Origin: Chlorokybus atmophyticus
Lineage: Eukaryota; Plantae; Mesostigma and Chlorokybus algae
Assembly (NCBI GenBank): GCA_009103225.1
Contig: RHPI01000638.1
Span: forward strand, 744,001-808,000
Direction: 5' to 3'
Length of the DNA stretch: 64,000 nucleotides
Below are positions 36,154 through 49,634 of this stretch, in pieces; the first letter of the stretch is position 1, and each line of letters starts with the position of its first letter. Below the pieces are notes generated by a model. The model had not been told where the DNA came from. It did no database searches and was given only the letters and a program-made list of their open reading frames with translations. The position numbers and the translations under genes were made by a program.

Positions 36154-39100
36154 CTACGCCGTTGAGGGCATCGGCATTTTTGACGGGGGCGTGGTGCCCA
36201 CATCATTGTCACCGCTGACTGCAGCGGCCGCCTCCGCAGCTGTGGCCGTGGCTGGAATGTCATCTTCAACGGGCACATAACGGCCCTCAATGAAGCCCGT
36301 CTTGGGATTCAACTGGCTGACAAAGCGGTACGACACCTCCTTGGGCTTCTTGTCAAGAGCCTTGAACGTGAAGCGCTTGCCCTCCTCGTACTTAACCTTC
36401 AGGTCCTTCTCCACGAGGGGCTTGAACTGGCTGTCCAGGGATGCCGCGGCCCTTATCCACAGCGTGACAATGCCCAGCAAGATCACACCAAGGTAGGGTG
36501 TTGAATTGGCCAGCGAGCCAAAGCCAACAATCAAGAACTGCTGGATTAGAGCACCTCCTGACTTGCCCAAGGGATTGCACACGACATCAATGGCAGCCTT
36601 GCCCTTGACCTGCAGGCATCAACCACACATCAGGCATGCGTGGCTGATGACGGAAATGTTGAAGGGCGAAAAGACCTAAACATGATCCTACAACTGTGGC
36701 AGCACGACAATATAATACCCCGCTAGTGCAATCAAGTAGCCTCAACTAAACATGCCAGCTCTACACAGTTCTTCTCAACTTACCTTGGTTTCGTCATCCA
36801 GGGGGATGTAAGCCATCTCCTTGCATGGGTCAAACAGCGAGTACTTGGCACTCTTTGAGAAAATGTTCTGTAGGGCACCAACATACACAGCCGCCAGCAA
36901 CGGGGTCAACCCAAAAGTCGCCAGGAACGGCGCCAGCGGCTGGCCGCCCAGGACCAACGCAAAGAAAATGACACCGGTGACCAACAGGACGGCTGGTGTG
37001 ATGGTGGCGGCCACACCCCAGCCATACTTGCGGAAGATCACACGCGACAGAAGCATCATAGCGAACGTCACAACGCCAGTGGCGGATGAGAAGTTGCCCA
37101 TGAATGCAGAGTAGTCATTGGGGTTGGGATACTGTGAAAATGACAGTGTTAAAACAAGGGTGTACATCGTAAAAGCCATAAATAGCAACCAAGACTGAGA
37201 CACACTCAGTGGATAACCAGGTTTTGCACAAAACCAAAAAGCTAAGCACAGTGCACAGCATGACTTGAAAACAAATGTATATGATTCACACTCTGCATCA
37301 TAGCTGCAAGTCATGCATGCCATGCAAATTGAAGCAATCACTGGTCTTGCATGCTGACCTGTGCCTTGATCTTGCCCTTCCAGGTGACCTCCACAAGGTT
37401 GATGGAAATACCGTAGCAGACGACAAGGGTTGCCAAGTCTAGAATGTAGCGCGACTTGGACAAGAACTTCAGACTCTCACCCACGCTCATCTTCATCTTC
37501 TCCTTCTTCTTCTGCTCAGACACCAGTTATCAGTGCGAAATCGCAGCGCGCAAGTCACAACACTCTTGTGCTTCCAGCGATACAAAAAGTTTCATAGCGG
37601 CAAACAATGATGTACCTTGCCACCACGGACTTCAGTTGGTGGGAAAATGTTGGGGTTAGGAAGAACAAATCGGTTCATGGCCCAGTAGATACCGGTGATA
37701 ATGAAGCCTCCAATGACAACCAGGCCCATCATTCCACGCAGCGACATGCCCCAGCCGTCAACTCCAGGTGGCAAATCAGCGCGCATCTGCACACACCGTC
37801 AACGAACTGAAGCATGGAACAGTCTTGGCACACCCACCGCTACCATGCCATGTCAAGATATCGCAGAAAGCAGCAATATTGCTGCGGTACCTGGCTGAAC
37901 CAATGTACAGTGCGGCCAGAAACGATGAGTGCAACATTGGCACCCAATCCAAAAAGTGGGTAGAATTGCTTAGCCTCGTCAACAGTGGTGATCTGCAAAG
38001 ACACGAACAACACGCCTTGGTGGCTACCTCAAGCAAACAGTAGACTACATTGGGAAAAAATTATGAGCACACACCTGATTGGCAAAACCCCAGAACAGAA
38101 GTGACACCACCACACTGCCCCAAAGTTCAGCCATCACATAGAAAAGGCAGAACGTCCAGTTGCGCAGGATGGATATGGGGCCTGCAAAGCGAGGACCAGC
38201 ACTTGCAAGTAGCCGCTCTGCAAGTGCTGTTGGATGCAGCTGCTCGCGCAGAGGGTACATGATAAAAGCGAAGGCTCCAAAGAAGGCGACAAATGGAAGA
38301 ATGCATGCGTAAAATAGCATCTCTGTCGACAGAACATTTGCCAATTTTGCGTACAACACCATGAAGCCAATAGCCATCTGCAAAACAGTACAAAGTAGAC
38401 TGTTGACAAATTTTCAAGCATAGTGTGTTACCTCTGATAATGCCGAGCACAATGCCCCATATTGCCAACTATGTGCATGCATGCACAAGTTGCTGTGTTG
38501 CTTGCGCACTAGTGGCAGCAAGAACTACGGGGACAGGACCAACGTTGCACCTACCGGCAGATTCACCCAAGTCTTCAAGAAAGGAATCGTCTCTGCGCCA
38601 GATCCAGGAGCAGTCACCACCAGCACATCCTTGGTGTCTCGAAGGATCGTGTAGTTGAACAGAATACAGAAGAACATGAGGCCAAGGGGCACAATCTTAA
38701 ACCATGTCTTTGCCTCAATTCCAAGGTACTGCACACCAACACAAGAGCAAAATGATCATTCACATTGTTACCTTCGCCATGTGACACTGCAAGCATGCTA
38801 ACAGACTGTATCTCTTGCAATCTATCGCATACTCCGACACATGAACGCTCTTGGTACAAAGATTCTGCAGTAACGAGGACTACACCACATAAGCGCAGTG
38901 CGCATGCAACTGTTCAGGGCAATTTCACGGGTGCAGCTTCTTGCGGCCAAACGACCGTCACAACACTGACACTTGCAGTATAAGACTGAAAAGAGTGATA
39001 CAGATGCCTAAAGCAATCAAATTTTCATGACTGTGCAGAGTTGACAGAGCATTAGCATGCAAGGTACAGGGCACCGAGACACATGCTACGAGTGCATGCA

Positions 39101-39545
39101 ACCAGAAGGATGTGCCGTGCGTGTATGTTTTGCCCAGTGCATGGGCCCATGCGAGTGTTGCGAGTGCTGAGTAGCAACAACTGCCACTGTCACCCACCTT
39201 ATTGTTGCCCCAGGACGCAGGTTTTGAAGAGCCAGATGAAGAAACTGCGACATCGGCTGCCTGCGCACGCACAGAAAACCCCCTCCGCCTCACAGCACGC
39301 AAAGACAAGCTGCCCGCTGCAGAGCTTCCGAAGCGACCAAGGTCGAAGCGGCTAACGCTGCCGGCGACACCAGCACCGCTGTTGCTGCTGCTGAGCCGGA
39401 GACCCTCAATGCCACGTGGAACGAGAGCGGCCGACGGCGCCTCTCTCCTAGGCGCTGAGCTGACAGCCGCCGCCTTGTGAGAAGCTTGCCGAAGATGTGC
39501 TCTGCTGCCCCCGAGCAGCGCCGCACTCGACGCCACCGCCGCCAT
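36154..39545 (-). CDS. NTT: Plastidic ATP/ADP transporter (TLC/NTT family) with transit peptide, multi-exon
   Basis: Ser/Ala/Arg-rich N-terminus; KIVPLGLMFFCILFNYTILRDTKDVLVV; FYVMAELWGSVVVSLLFWGFANQ; YGISINLVEVTWK; QNIFSKSAKYSLFDPCKEMAYIPLD; VCNPLGKSGGALIQQ. Confidence 0.96.
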
Positions 39546-41067
39546 GGTGGCAGCAACAAGACACCCCCCCACCTCCCCCAGGCGGCACCGCCGCCACCAC
39601 CACCGCCCCCTACACCGCCGCCGCCGGCACCAACAACCAGGCCAACCCCTGCTGCAGAGCCGTCAGCGGCAAGCCCTGCTGCGAGGCAGAATCGCGGTCA
39701 GACTTACCACTGGACGCGAGCAGCGACGGATTGACTTTTCTTTGCAAACTACGCAGCTGCTGATATTCCTTTACAGGGCTGATATCAAGGGCGGTCACGG
39801 TTTACACGCTGTAAACCCCGACCCCGACCTAACAACCAGTACTGGCGCGCATCGCGCGCTGGAAAATGGGGAAAAGCTTGCAAGGCATGGATATCGACGG
39901 TGAGAGATTCGTGTTTACGTCCTTTGCTGCCAGGGTGTAAGCGGGGTCTTAGCGGGGGACCTAGTGCGAGACGCCTGCAGGCGGCTGGAGTGCTAAGATC
40001 GGCTGTATCAAGCCGGCGGTCTGTAAGACCCGCGCGTGTATAAGCCTGCCACATAGGCGTCGTCATCTCTAGCGGAAGATCCAACCTCGAAAACGGAGCG
40101 CGGAATCCGGGTATTTGTCTGCTGGATTCCTCGGCGGGCAGCAGTAGAACGCCAAAAGCGACTTCTCGAGGCTCAACGGACGGATTTAGGAGGAAAAATC
40201 TGCATGTTAGCGCTTGAGCATTCAACCTGGTTTGGAATCCGATCCGCCGCCATCGGCAGCCCGCGCTTTGGCTCAATCAAACCATGACAAGCCATTTGTT
40301 GCCAGATTTGTTGAGTTCCAGCAAGTCATCAATAGGCCTAAATGTTGGCAGCAAAGGGCAAAAGTGGGGCTCAGACACAGCACACCCTATCACAACCACT
40401 ACTGACCACAGCATTTCCATGCCTGAGTTAGAAACCCGCTGTTGCTAATGTTGTTGATGTGTGCACTTGCCAAGAACTTGAGATGTTATGAGCAGCAATC
40501 AACATACATTTTGTATGTGCTTGGTCATCGGTATCTATGATGTGCTAAGTCTGCTTATACTTCGCGCCCCTCTATTTCACCCAGACATTTACATAGACAG
40601 TTTTTACTAGCGATGTGTGACAGCCCCAACCCATTAACCCACATGCGCACATAGGTATGGCAAGGGAACAAGCAAAAGGACAACCCATGCACACAAGTTC
40701 GTGGTGTTAGCAGCAACAGCTGCAACTCATTGCAGATGATTGCCGCAGTGAAATTCGCATCCAATAGCACCCTTTGACTACCACAACTGGCGGCCGCACA
40801 TGTGCGCACAAGTTATGGCCAACAGCATCGCGCATGCAGTGGGGACATCGTCTGGCACAATGTGCTAGCTTGTGGTAGTTGTCACTCAGCATATGACACG
40901 CATCAACCCCAACCTTGACAACATTACTTGACACAAGGTTACCACTTCCCATCCAGTTGAATGGCCCAATCATCACCAGCACCAACCACCTGTTGGCAGC
41001 CAAAACTCTACATTGTACACGTCACAACTAAGCCGCACATGCAAACAGCTCAGGCTCACAACTTGCT

Positions 41068-44000
41068 CTAGGCATCCAAGCTAGTTGCCATGCTGTTGTT
41101 CTCTGCGCGGATGGCGCTGAACTTCGCGGCAAGAGGTCCCTTCTTCAAAGTGGCCACAAAGTTTTTGAAACGCACACAGTTCTCCACGCCTCTGCAGAGC
41201 AAGCAGGAATGAGTTGGGTGCTCCAATGTCCCAGGTAAAAGGCCCAACCAGAGTATGTATGTGACCCAAGTGTCCGAACCGCTCTGCGCGTCCATGCATA
41301 ACTAGGCATAACTCTGCTAGCATAGCGCTTCAGGTGCAACAGGGAAGTAACTTGGGTATTTACACCACACAAACTCACCTGATCTGACACAGAGCGTCCA
41401 CAGCTCGTAGTGCGCTGCGAAGCATGTCTTCATTGCGGTCCACCTCCTGCTTTACAGCGTCGGCTTTGGTCTTGGTGTTCAAAGTTTTGTCCAAAGGCTC
41501 CACAATGTCATCAAGCACTGCATGACAGATTGTGTACAGTCAGCTTCCACATTGAGTCAGCGAACAACGACACACTGGCCATTGGCGAGGCGCAATTGAT
41601 CTCACCAGCGAGCACGGCAGGTCCAGCAATGACAGCCAACTTTGACAAGACAAGATGGCATGGCATCTTCACATCGTAATGATCTGCATCAGACATACAG
41701 ACCGCTTGTCAGTATTTGACAAAGGCTCTCATCAACGCATGACTGTGACAAGGCGGCATCACCAACCTGACAGCCCAGACAATAGATGTGAGATGAATTC
41801 GCTGGTGTCTATTCGATCGGGGCAGGCGTCCAGCAGCGTGTCCATGCACTCAAATGCAGCCTTCCGCAGCTCCAAGCCATCATCCACTGTGTGCTTGAAC
41901 GGGCCGAGGTCTACAACGCGAATCAAGTCTTTCCTGATGGCGGTCTGCTCATACAGAAGGGGCAAGAGCTCAGGCAGCAGGTCGACCACCAGGCCGGCTT
42001 TGCTGTGCGCTGCACTGCTCAATGTTTGGACAGCGGCCTTTCGCACATGCCGATCATCATCCTGCATAAAGGCAAGCAGATTAGCAACCTGTACCTGAGA
42101 ACAGTATAGCATGTAGTCATGCCCCTACTACTTTAAGTTGACACATTGCATGGGAAGATGATTACCTTCATCAAACACAATGAACCCTGCAGCATAGGCT
42201 GCACCATCCGATCCAGCTGTGGTTTGTCCACAATAGTGTACTTCAAAGCTGTTACCACAGCCGCTCGCGTGAATGCGGAAGTGCTACTTGTTCCCTGCAT
42301 GACAAGCGCCAGTAGTAAGTATGTGTCAGTTGTGGGATGAGCGCCGCTCAGGCGCAAGCGGCACTTTACAGCATCAGAGGCATTGAGATCTACCTGTTTC
42401 AGGGCTGGGAGAACCGTTTCTGGTGCAATCACAGCGAGCTTGCCCAGGCACTCAGCCACCACATTCCGGATGCCTTCCTCCTCACTCTCACAATGCTTGA
42501 ACAGCAAGCCCAGTATTTGCTGCACCTCTTGTGATGACAGCTGAGACGCCGCAGTATGGCTGGCCTGTCTTGAAATGACCTGCAAGGCACAAAGTAATCT
42601 GCAACACATGCTACCAGCACTGTCACAACAAGGATTATAGGACAGAAACACACCTCCTTCAAGGAATGCAGCAGTAAGTACTGCAGCTTTGGTTCCGCCT
42701 CTATCTTGTTCAAAATGAACGGCAGGTACTTCGGCAAGTTGCCCGATGCAATGTTGCCTAATGCGTATGAAGCAGCGATCTTCACTTCCTCTGACTGTGC
42801 TTGCAGTGCGGAAACCAACATCTCAACAAGCGCATTTGCGTGCGCGCTAAGGTCTTGTCTGTGGCCAATCTCTCCAAGGCAAAGCAGTGACAAAAGCCGC
42901 TTCTGCAAAACCAAAGTCATCATTACGCATACACAGCAAAAGACTGACCAAGCCAGGAGTTGACCCGTGCCATACCGAATCTTCTGTTGACGCGTTTTGC
43001 AAGTTCCCCACCAACATGTCAGCCGTGGAGACACATTTGCTGTCTCCAGCCGCAAGGCACAGCACAGCAACGCACTGTGCAACGGAATGGAAAGCCTGCC
43101 GATTGGTTGGACTGCTGGCTGCTGAGGCAGCTGCCCCGACTGGCCCAGCAGCAACAGTACCCGCAGCCAGCAAGGCATTCAACAGGTCTTCATATGTAGC
43201 ACTTGGCGTATTCGTGTACACCAGTGAAGCAAAGAATGCTTGCAACGACTGCAACCAGGCGGCACAAGCAAGATGTTGGAGGCCGTCACACAATGTTTGT
43301 AGGCAAGACGTGAAATTTACCTGCAATGCCTGGCCTTGCAAGAGAGCAGACTTCACAAGGGCCAAAGCCTGCGGCAACACCTTGTCCCGCAATGACTCTG
43401 CTGTGCTCGGTGTCCGGGCAAGCATTGTGCAGAACAGTTGCAGTGCGAGCGCAGCAAGCTGCAGGTCGCTGTCGTTGATTAAGGCGGACGCTTCTGTGAT
43501 GATGGTGTCATAGGTAGCTGAGGGGATGATGTCGGCATAGCCCGTGACAAGGGCATCGAGCGTTGACAAAGAAGCTTGGCGAAGAGCACGGTTTGCCTAA
43601 AAAACATGGCAGCAGTCATCAATCTGGCCTTGCACACGCTATCCTCCTTTATCAACAATAGACTTCACTCTCACCTTGCGCAAAAATGATGTCAACTCTG
43701 TGATGGTAGGGTCAAGGACAGAAGACAGATCTATGTGCAGCGTAGATTCTGCAATCAGCTGGAATGCTTTGACGGTCGCTAGCCTGGTAATCTCATTGCG
43801 AAGGCGATCAAGCAGCAGAGGCAAGCATAGAGAGAGTTGATCACCCAGCTTGTCGCCTAACAACGCAAGAACCAGTCCCATGCCACCGATTGCGCACTCT
43901 TTCACTTCCTGTTGACAAAAAGTGGTACCATTAGGACCAACATGGACTGGCAAGTTTGCTCAGCACCAGGCATGCATACACAGAACGTGTTTTGTTGAAT

Positions 44001-47000
44001 AGTACAGATCTGACCTGGTCTTGGTCTTGGGCTGTCAACCGCTGTAGGATACATGTGTACAGGGGCTTGACGTACGGCTGAAAGTCAAATGTGCTGGAGC
44101 CATCAACCCTTGGCCGAATGACTTTTACCAACTCACTGCACACGCGGAGAGCTTCTGCAGTAACTTTGTAGTACCGTTCATTAACACATGCTAGCACAGG
44201 GCCTGACAGCGTCTGAACATAGGGCTGAAACACCTCAGGAGCATGTGATGCCATCAGTAGCCGCAAGAACAGCAAAGCCTCAATCTTCACATTCGAGTTG
44301 GACTGTTTGTCGGTTAGGGCCCGCTCAACGCCTGGCACGAGGGTAGGGACATTTTCGTCCAAGCTATTGGGCAGCACTTGTACCAACTCCTTCAACAAGG
44401 AGAAGGCTCCGACCTGCTCCAAACAAGTGTTGATACAAAACTTGCAAAGCACTCAAGTTTGAATCGCTCAACCCTATCACCTTTGTTTTCAATGACTTTT
44501 CTTTCAACTGCCTGTTGATGGCCTTGACAATGTCTGGAACAGCGGCGCGAAGAAGATTGGCTGGGCTGCTGGCAGGTTCAGGACCTTCTGGCGATGTGTA
44601 TACCCGCATGACTGACCCTGTTTGACGCAGCAAGTCGGAGAACGCAGCAAAGACATCGAGTTTGACGTTCTCTTCTCGTTCTCGGAAACGCGTCAACAAT
44701 TCAGGACAAGCCTTGGCATAAACAGTGGGTAGCAGCTCTGGGCGCGACGTGATAACCGAGCCAAGGCATTTTGCAGCTGCCCTCCTGACCTGTTATGCCA
44801 AGCAGGCAGCTGTGAGTGATTATGTCAGTCATTTGCATCTATACACTTAATCTGTGCCCATGTGCAGTGCGTTCTGAAGTGCACATGAACGCACTGCACA
44901 AGGCAGTCATGCAACCATCAGTTGGTCTGGTGTGGCAAAGACTGGACGAAGCATACCTTCCAACTTATGTCCTCGTCGTCGCTGTACTCCTCTCCGCTTT
45001 CTTCGTCCTCATCGGCCTCATCTTCTCCACTTGCATTGCCATCTTCCTCCATGTCGTCCGTGAAGTTTGGGTCATATTTGATGTACTCCAAGCAGACATC
45101 TAGAATGAGAGGGCAGGAGTCTGTAACTTCCCGCGGACATCTCTGTATGAAAGACTCGAGTGCCTGCGGAAAGGTTATAACCATGAAGTGGGCTGAACAA
45201 CAGCCACAAGTGACAACCCTGACAAAGCTGTCGGGTCAGGAGAGAGCCTAACTATGCGCATGCGTATGTGCGTGCAATGCACTGTGAAGGCCCACCTGCA
45301 GGCTGTTCTCCCTAAGCTCATCATCGTTTTCTGAAGCATTCCTGCAGTATGACAGCAGGATAGGAACGACGTCCTTCAGATGCCGTCCAAAGCGATATCC
45401 CACAGATCGGCTGCAAAGCGTTGATAGCAACTAGCTCAACAACACAACCAACAGCATGCAAGTGCGGTGTGCCAAGCAGTGGTGGTGTTTGCTACGCAGC
45501 CCCAAGTTTGGCTACATATCAGAGCGAGAATAAGAGGCAGCACCTGAGGGCACCCACAGTTTGTATGTATGTCCGTATGAGATCTGGCTTCATATCCTCC
45601 TGCTGCAGTTTCTGAATAACTGCCATGCTCACAGTCAGCAAGACAGAGTCTGTCATGCTGGCAACCAAGACACCTGCACATCAGGAAAACAAATTTAAGA
45701 AGATGGGCACAACCACATACGGCAAGTGAAAAGGATGAGAATGAAGAGGTCCTCCACGAACCTACACACTGGATGGTGCGTTTGCGAATGCCAGCTCGCG
45801 TTGAGTCCAGCTGTGGAAGCAGCGCATCTCGCAACCGTTCGTGTTCAGGTATGAGCAGCGGACCGAAGCGCTGTAACTCTTCTTGTAGTATGTCCAAACA
45901 TTCGCTTCGCACTTCTGGACTGACATCCTGTCGCCAAGCTCGTCAGTATGTCATACGCAAAAGGCAGGCAGACATTCTTCAAGAGAAGCAATACTCGCAG
46001 GCACAAGCAAAAGTCAGCACTCGTGTGCAATGTTAGGCCAAAAAAAAGAAAACATGTGCTGACTTGACTCTTATTACATACCGGAGAGCTAATGCCATCA
46101 AGCAAACGAGGTGTCAAAACTTTGACGGTTGCGGTCGCAATGGCTCCAAATGGTGCCTCTGAAACAACTGTCTTCAGGCCAATACTAGCAATGTCACGCT
46201 GTTGCTCCTTGCCACGCAAGAGCTTCTGACAAAGCGTTTCTACAATGTTCACCACACGAGCCTCGTTGACCTTCTTCACCAGTGGCGCCAGACTGCGCGA
46301 GCAATCTATTAGCCATGCAACCCGATACCTATCAGCACGTTCCTGTCTTGCTACAAGCTCCATAATACACAGGCCGTTTACAAGCATGGGTCAACTGGAA
46401 GCAATTGTGTACATGTCGCAGACCAGAAGCTGAATGTTGCAAGTGCAGCGAATCAATTTGCACGGTTGTACACGTAATACGGCTTATGCTACTGTTGCTG
46501 TCTGACTGAGTTGGCTACAAAACACTGCGCTGGTCAATCTCAGTGATTGCGTGTGGTGCTTCACAGCTGACAAATAGCAGTCACCGCTGCTTACCACTTC
46601 ACAGCGAGGCCTGCTATGTCACCGGAAGCATCTTCCAGCTGCTGTAAAACGACTTGGCAGATTTTTTGCTCTGTGTCTGCGTCTGCTTTGAACTCGGCCT
46701 TGCTAAGCTCATTGAGCAGATCTGATGTGGCCATGTACCGGTAATCCTTGTCCTTTGAGGCAATCTGCAATGGCATGCAGATTAAGACACAGATGAACGA
46801 CATGCAGGCCAGCATGCATGCAAATATGCGTGTTCTAAATGCACAACTGCATGGCTTCCTGCAGGGCAGGGCTAGGGACACTGGCACAGAAGATTGACTT
46901 GAAGCAATTGACGTGCTGCATGCATGCTACCTTCCCATTAGCATGCAGGTAGCTGAGCTTAGGGTTGCTATGCATATCAGCCAGGTTAAATACAAATTGC

Positions 47001-47064
47001 CGCCTAGCTTTCCCAACAGCAAACCCACCTTCTCAAGAATCAAACTGACTGTTGCGCTCGCCAT
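41068..47064 (-). CDS. CAND1: Cullin-associated NEDD8-dissociated protein 1, multi-exon
   Basis: [97 protein letters not shown]. Confidence 0.97.
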
Positions 47065-47344
47065 GGTTGTTGACCAGACAGCCTTAACACTGTGCTGATC
47101 CTAGCAGACGAGCAGGCACAACGGAGGGCACTTTAGCTGTGTCCAAGCAGCCAGAACATGACAAGGCGCACGCTACGCGCACCCACAGGCCCAACTAGCT
47201 GGGCCACCACCGCAAACCCGCCGCCGCCACCGCCAGCCAACTAAACGCATTGGTAGCAGCACAGTGCCCAAGTTTAGGGTTTGGAAAATTTCGTGCTGCA
47301 TTCATGCAGTGACGCTCGGTGAGCTTGCGGTCGTTGCAGGCGGC

Positions 47345-48732
47345 ATGGCTGGCGGCGTGTTGGCGCTGGGCGTCATCGTCTTAGCTCTCCTGTGCGTTGT
47401 TGCTGCGGAGGTGCACCATGACGACGCCGAGGCGGCTGTGGTCGTGCAGCTCACCGCCGACAACTGGGATAGCAGCATGAAGCAAGGGGACTGGCTTGTC
47501 GAGGTATACTCCTCATCAATGTGCTTGCGTGCAGTGCAACACTGCACGCAAGCACGCACGCTGCAAGTATTCAACAGGGAATGTCAAACGTAATCAATAC
47601 CAATGCCGTTCGCTCTCTTACTAGCGCAGAGCTGACACAGTGGCATACTGGCGTCCGATCATGCTGAATGTACGCTCGTTTTCACAATGACATTGCAACT
47701 GTAGTCTCTTTCACACTAGTCTGTGTGCAGCTGGTTGCTCCAATACTTGGATCTGTCATCGACCAGTGTCCATGCTTTCAATGTTGCTACGATCCTCAGC
47801 ATGCATGCAGCGCTGTCAAGCGGCAACAGTTGCGTCTATGAATGAACAGGTGTATGCTCCATGGTGCGGAGCATGCCAGCAACTAGCGCCTACGTGGCAC
47901 GCTCTACCAAGGCATCTCCAAGGGCACAACATCCTCGTTGGAAAGGTGTGCATTTCATCACAATGACACGGCGTTGGTTGCGCTCGCAGCTTCCCTCTGG
48001 TCAACACTTCATTCTTGACAGTATTGGTACCATTCTTGTCATCTACTGTGCCAAGGAGTGCCTGTGGCCTTCATGCGTAGTGTTGGTAACAGGTTGACGG
48101 GACCGAGGAGAAAAGTCTGGCAGGGCGTTTGCACATAAAAGCATACCCAACCATCCTGCTCTTTAAGAACGGCAAGGCGTATGAGTATACTGGCAGCAGA
48201 AGTATGCAAGATTTGGTGCATTTTGCAGATACAGGTATGTATGCAGTACTGAGCCTATGCCTGCTTTGCTGGATGGCAAGCTCCACGTGCATTGCATTGC
48301 AGAACGGTGCAACACTTAAACATGCCTTTGGTTTGTGTACTGGTCATTACTCCAACTTGTCCTAGCTGCTTGGCGAATGTGCTTTTCCAATCCAGTGCTG
48401 ATGCAACCCAACAACAATGCGGATGGTGCTGTGTTCACAGCCACCAACGACAGGTTGATGATCATTGCCAACACTCATTGCTTGCAGGTTTCAAAAGCGT
48501 GGCACCGAAGCCCTTTTGGGCAGATCCCAACTCTTTGGTGGGGCGTGCATTATTCTTGCTGCTGCGATTGCCGGACATGACGCGTGCAGCCTACAAGGGT
48601 CTGCTGGCCAGCGGCTTCTCTCACGGCGCCATTGTAGGTTTGATCATCCTGGTTCCCGCTGCTTGCGGCTTGCTGTTCATCGTGTTCATCGATGTGGTCT
48701 GGGGTAGACGCAGAGATGACAAATGGGAGTAG
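47345..48732 (+). CDS. Thioredoxin-related transmembrane protein (TMX-like): signal peptide, Trx domain with WCGAC, C-terminal TM helix; 4 exons
   Basis: QLTADNWD..GDWLVE|VYAPWCGACQQLAPTW..GK|VDGT..IKAYPTILLFKNG..YTGSRS; hydrophobic AIVGLIILVPAACGLLFIVFI. Confidence 0.88.
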
Positions 48733-49634
48733 GTATGTGTGAATGTGGGCTTGTGCTGCATGTGTCACAGTACATATTTTTGGTAGTTTAGAGAATGTAC
48801 ATAGTGTACACTGATTGGACAATGCTTCTGTCGCGCTGTATCTGGCAACAGCGTTTGTCTGTTTGTCAGCAAGTAGTAAATAAGGACACGTCTAAACTGT
48901 AACAGGTTTTAAAATCTCTATGTGCATGTCGCGACCTGTGTCTGTGTGCCATATTGCAAGATTTATATCAGTGGCCACATAAGGCGATAGATAGGTCGCC
49001 GACTCTCGGACACCAGTCAGAATGTGGGCAGTCATCTCTCTTGCCATAGATGCATCAAAGGTGACAATCGCTTTCCAATTACAAATTGACTACCAACACA
49101 CAGCTGGCGGCCTTTGAAGTGGCTGGTGCATTGCAACTGCTGCCTGGTATACTGTGTCTTATTGGTACACCAGACTGCCTTACGCTTGTTAGTCCAGCGC
49201 TGCAATCACCTCGCAATAACAGTGCAGGTATGCGGCCAACCACTACCCAAGCAGCGCGCGCGGCTGCTGAGCCAATCGCAATACCGACTCATGTAGTAAC
49301 CAAAACATTGCTCTGGAGCCGCTTCAAAGCCCCTCGCCAGCTGCGTCTCTCATCCTAGCGACGCCTGTGCGCTTCAATTCACATTAACGCATAGACATCC
49401 ATACTGGCTATGCGTTCATTGATCACTTGAAAGTCTCGAGATGATCTTACATTGCAACCGCTCTATAAACTTGTGTCGCAAGCCACTGGCTGAGCGCTGG
49501 ATCACTCGCATATGCTATGAGTTGTCTGAGAGAGTTGATACTGAGAGCAGCAACATACTCTGCAATGTGCAGTAACACAATATCAATAGACTGTTGATGT
49601 TCTGTTGTGTTTTGCAGCATGGGTGTGCGTGTCT

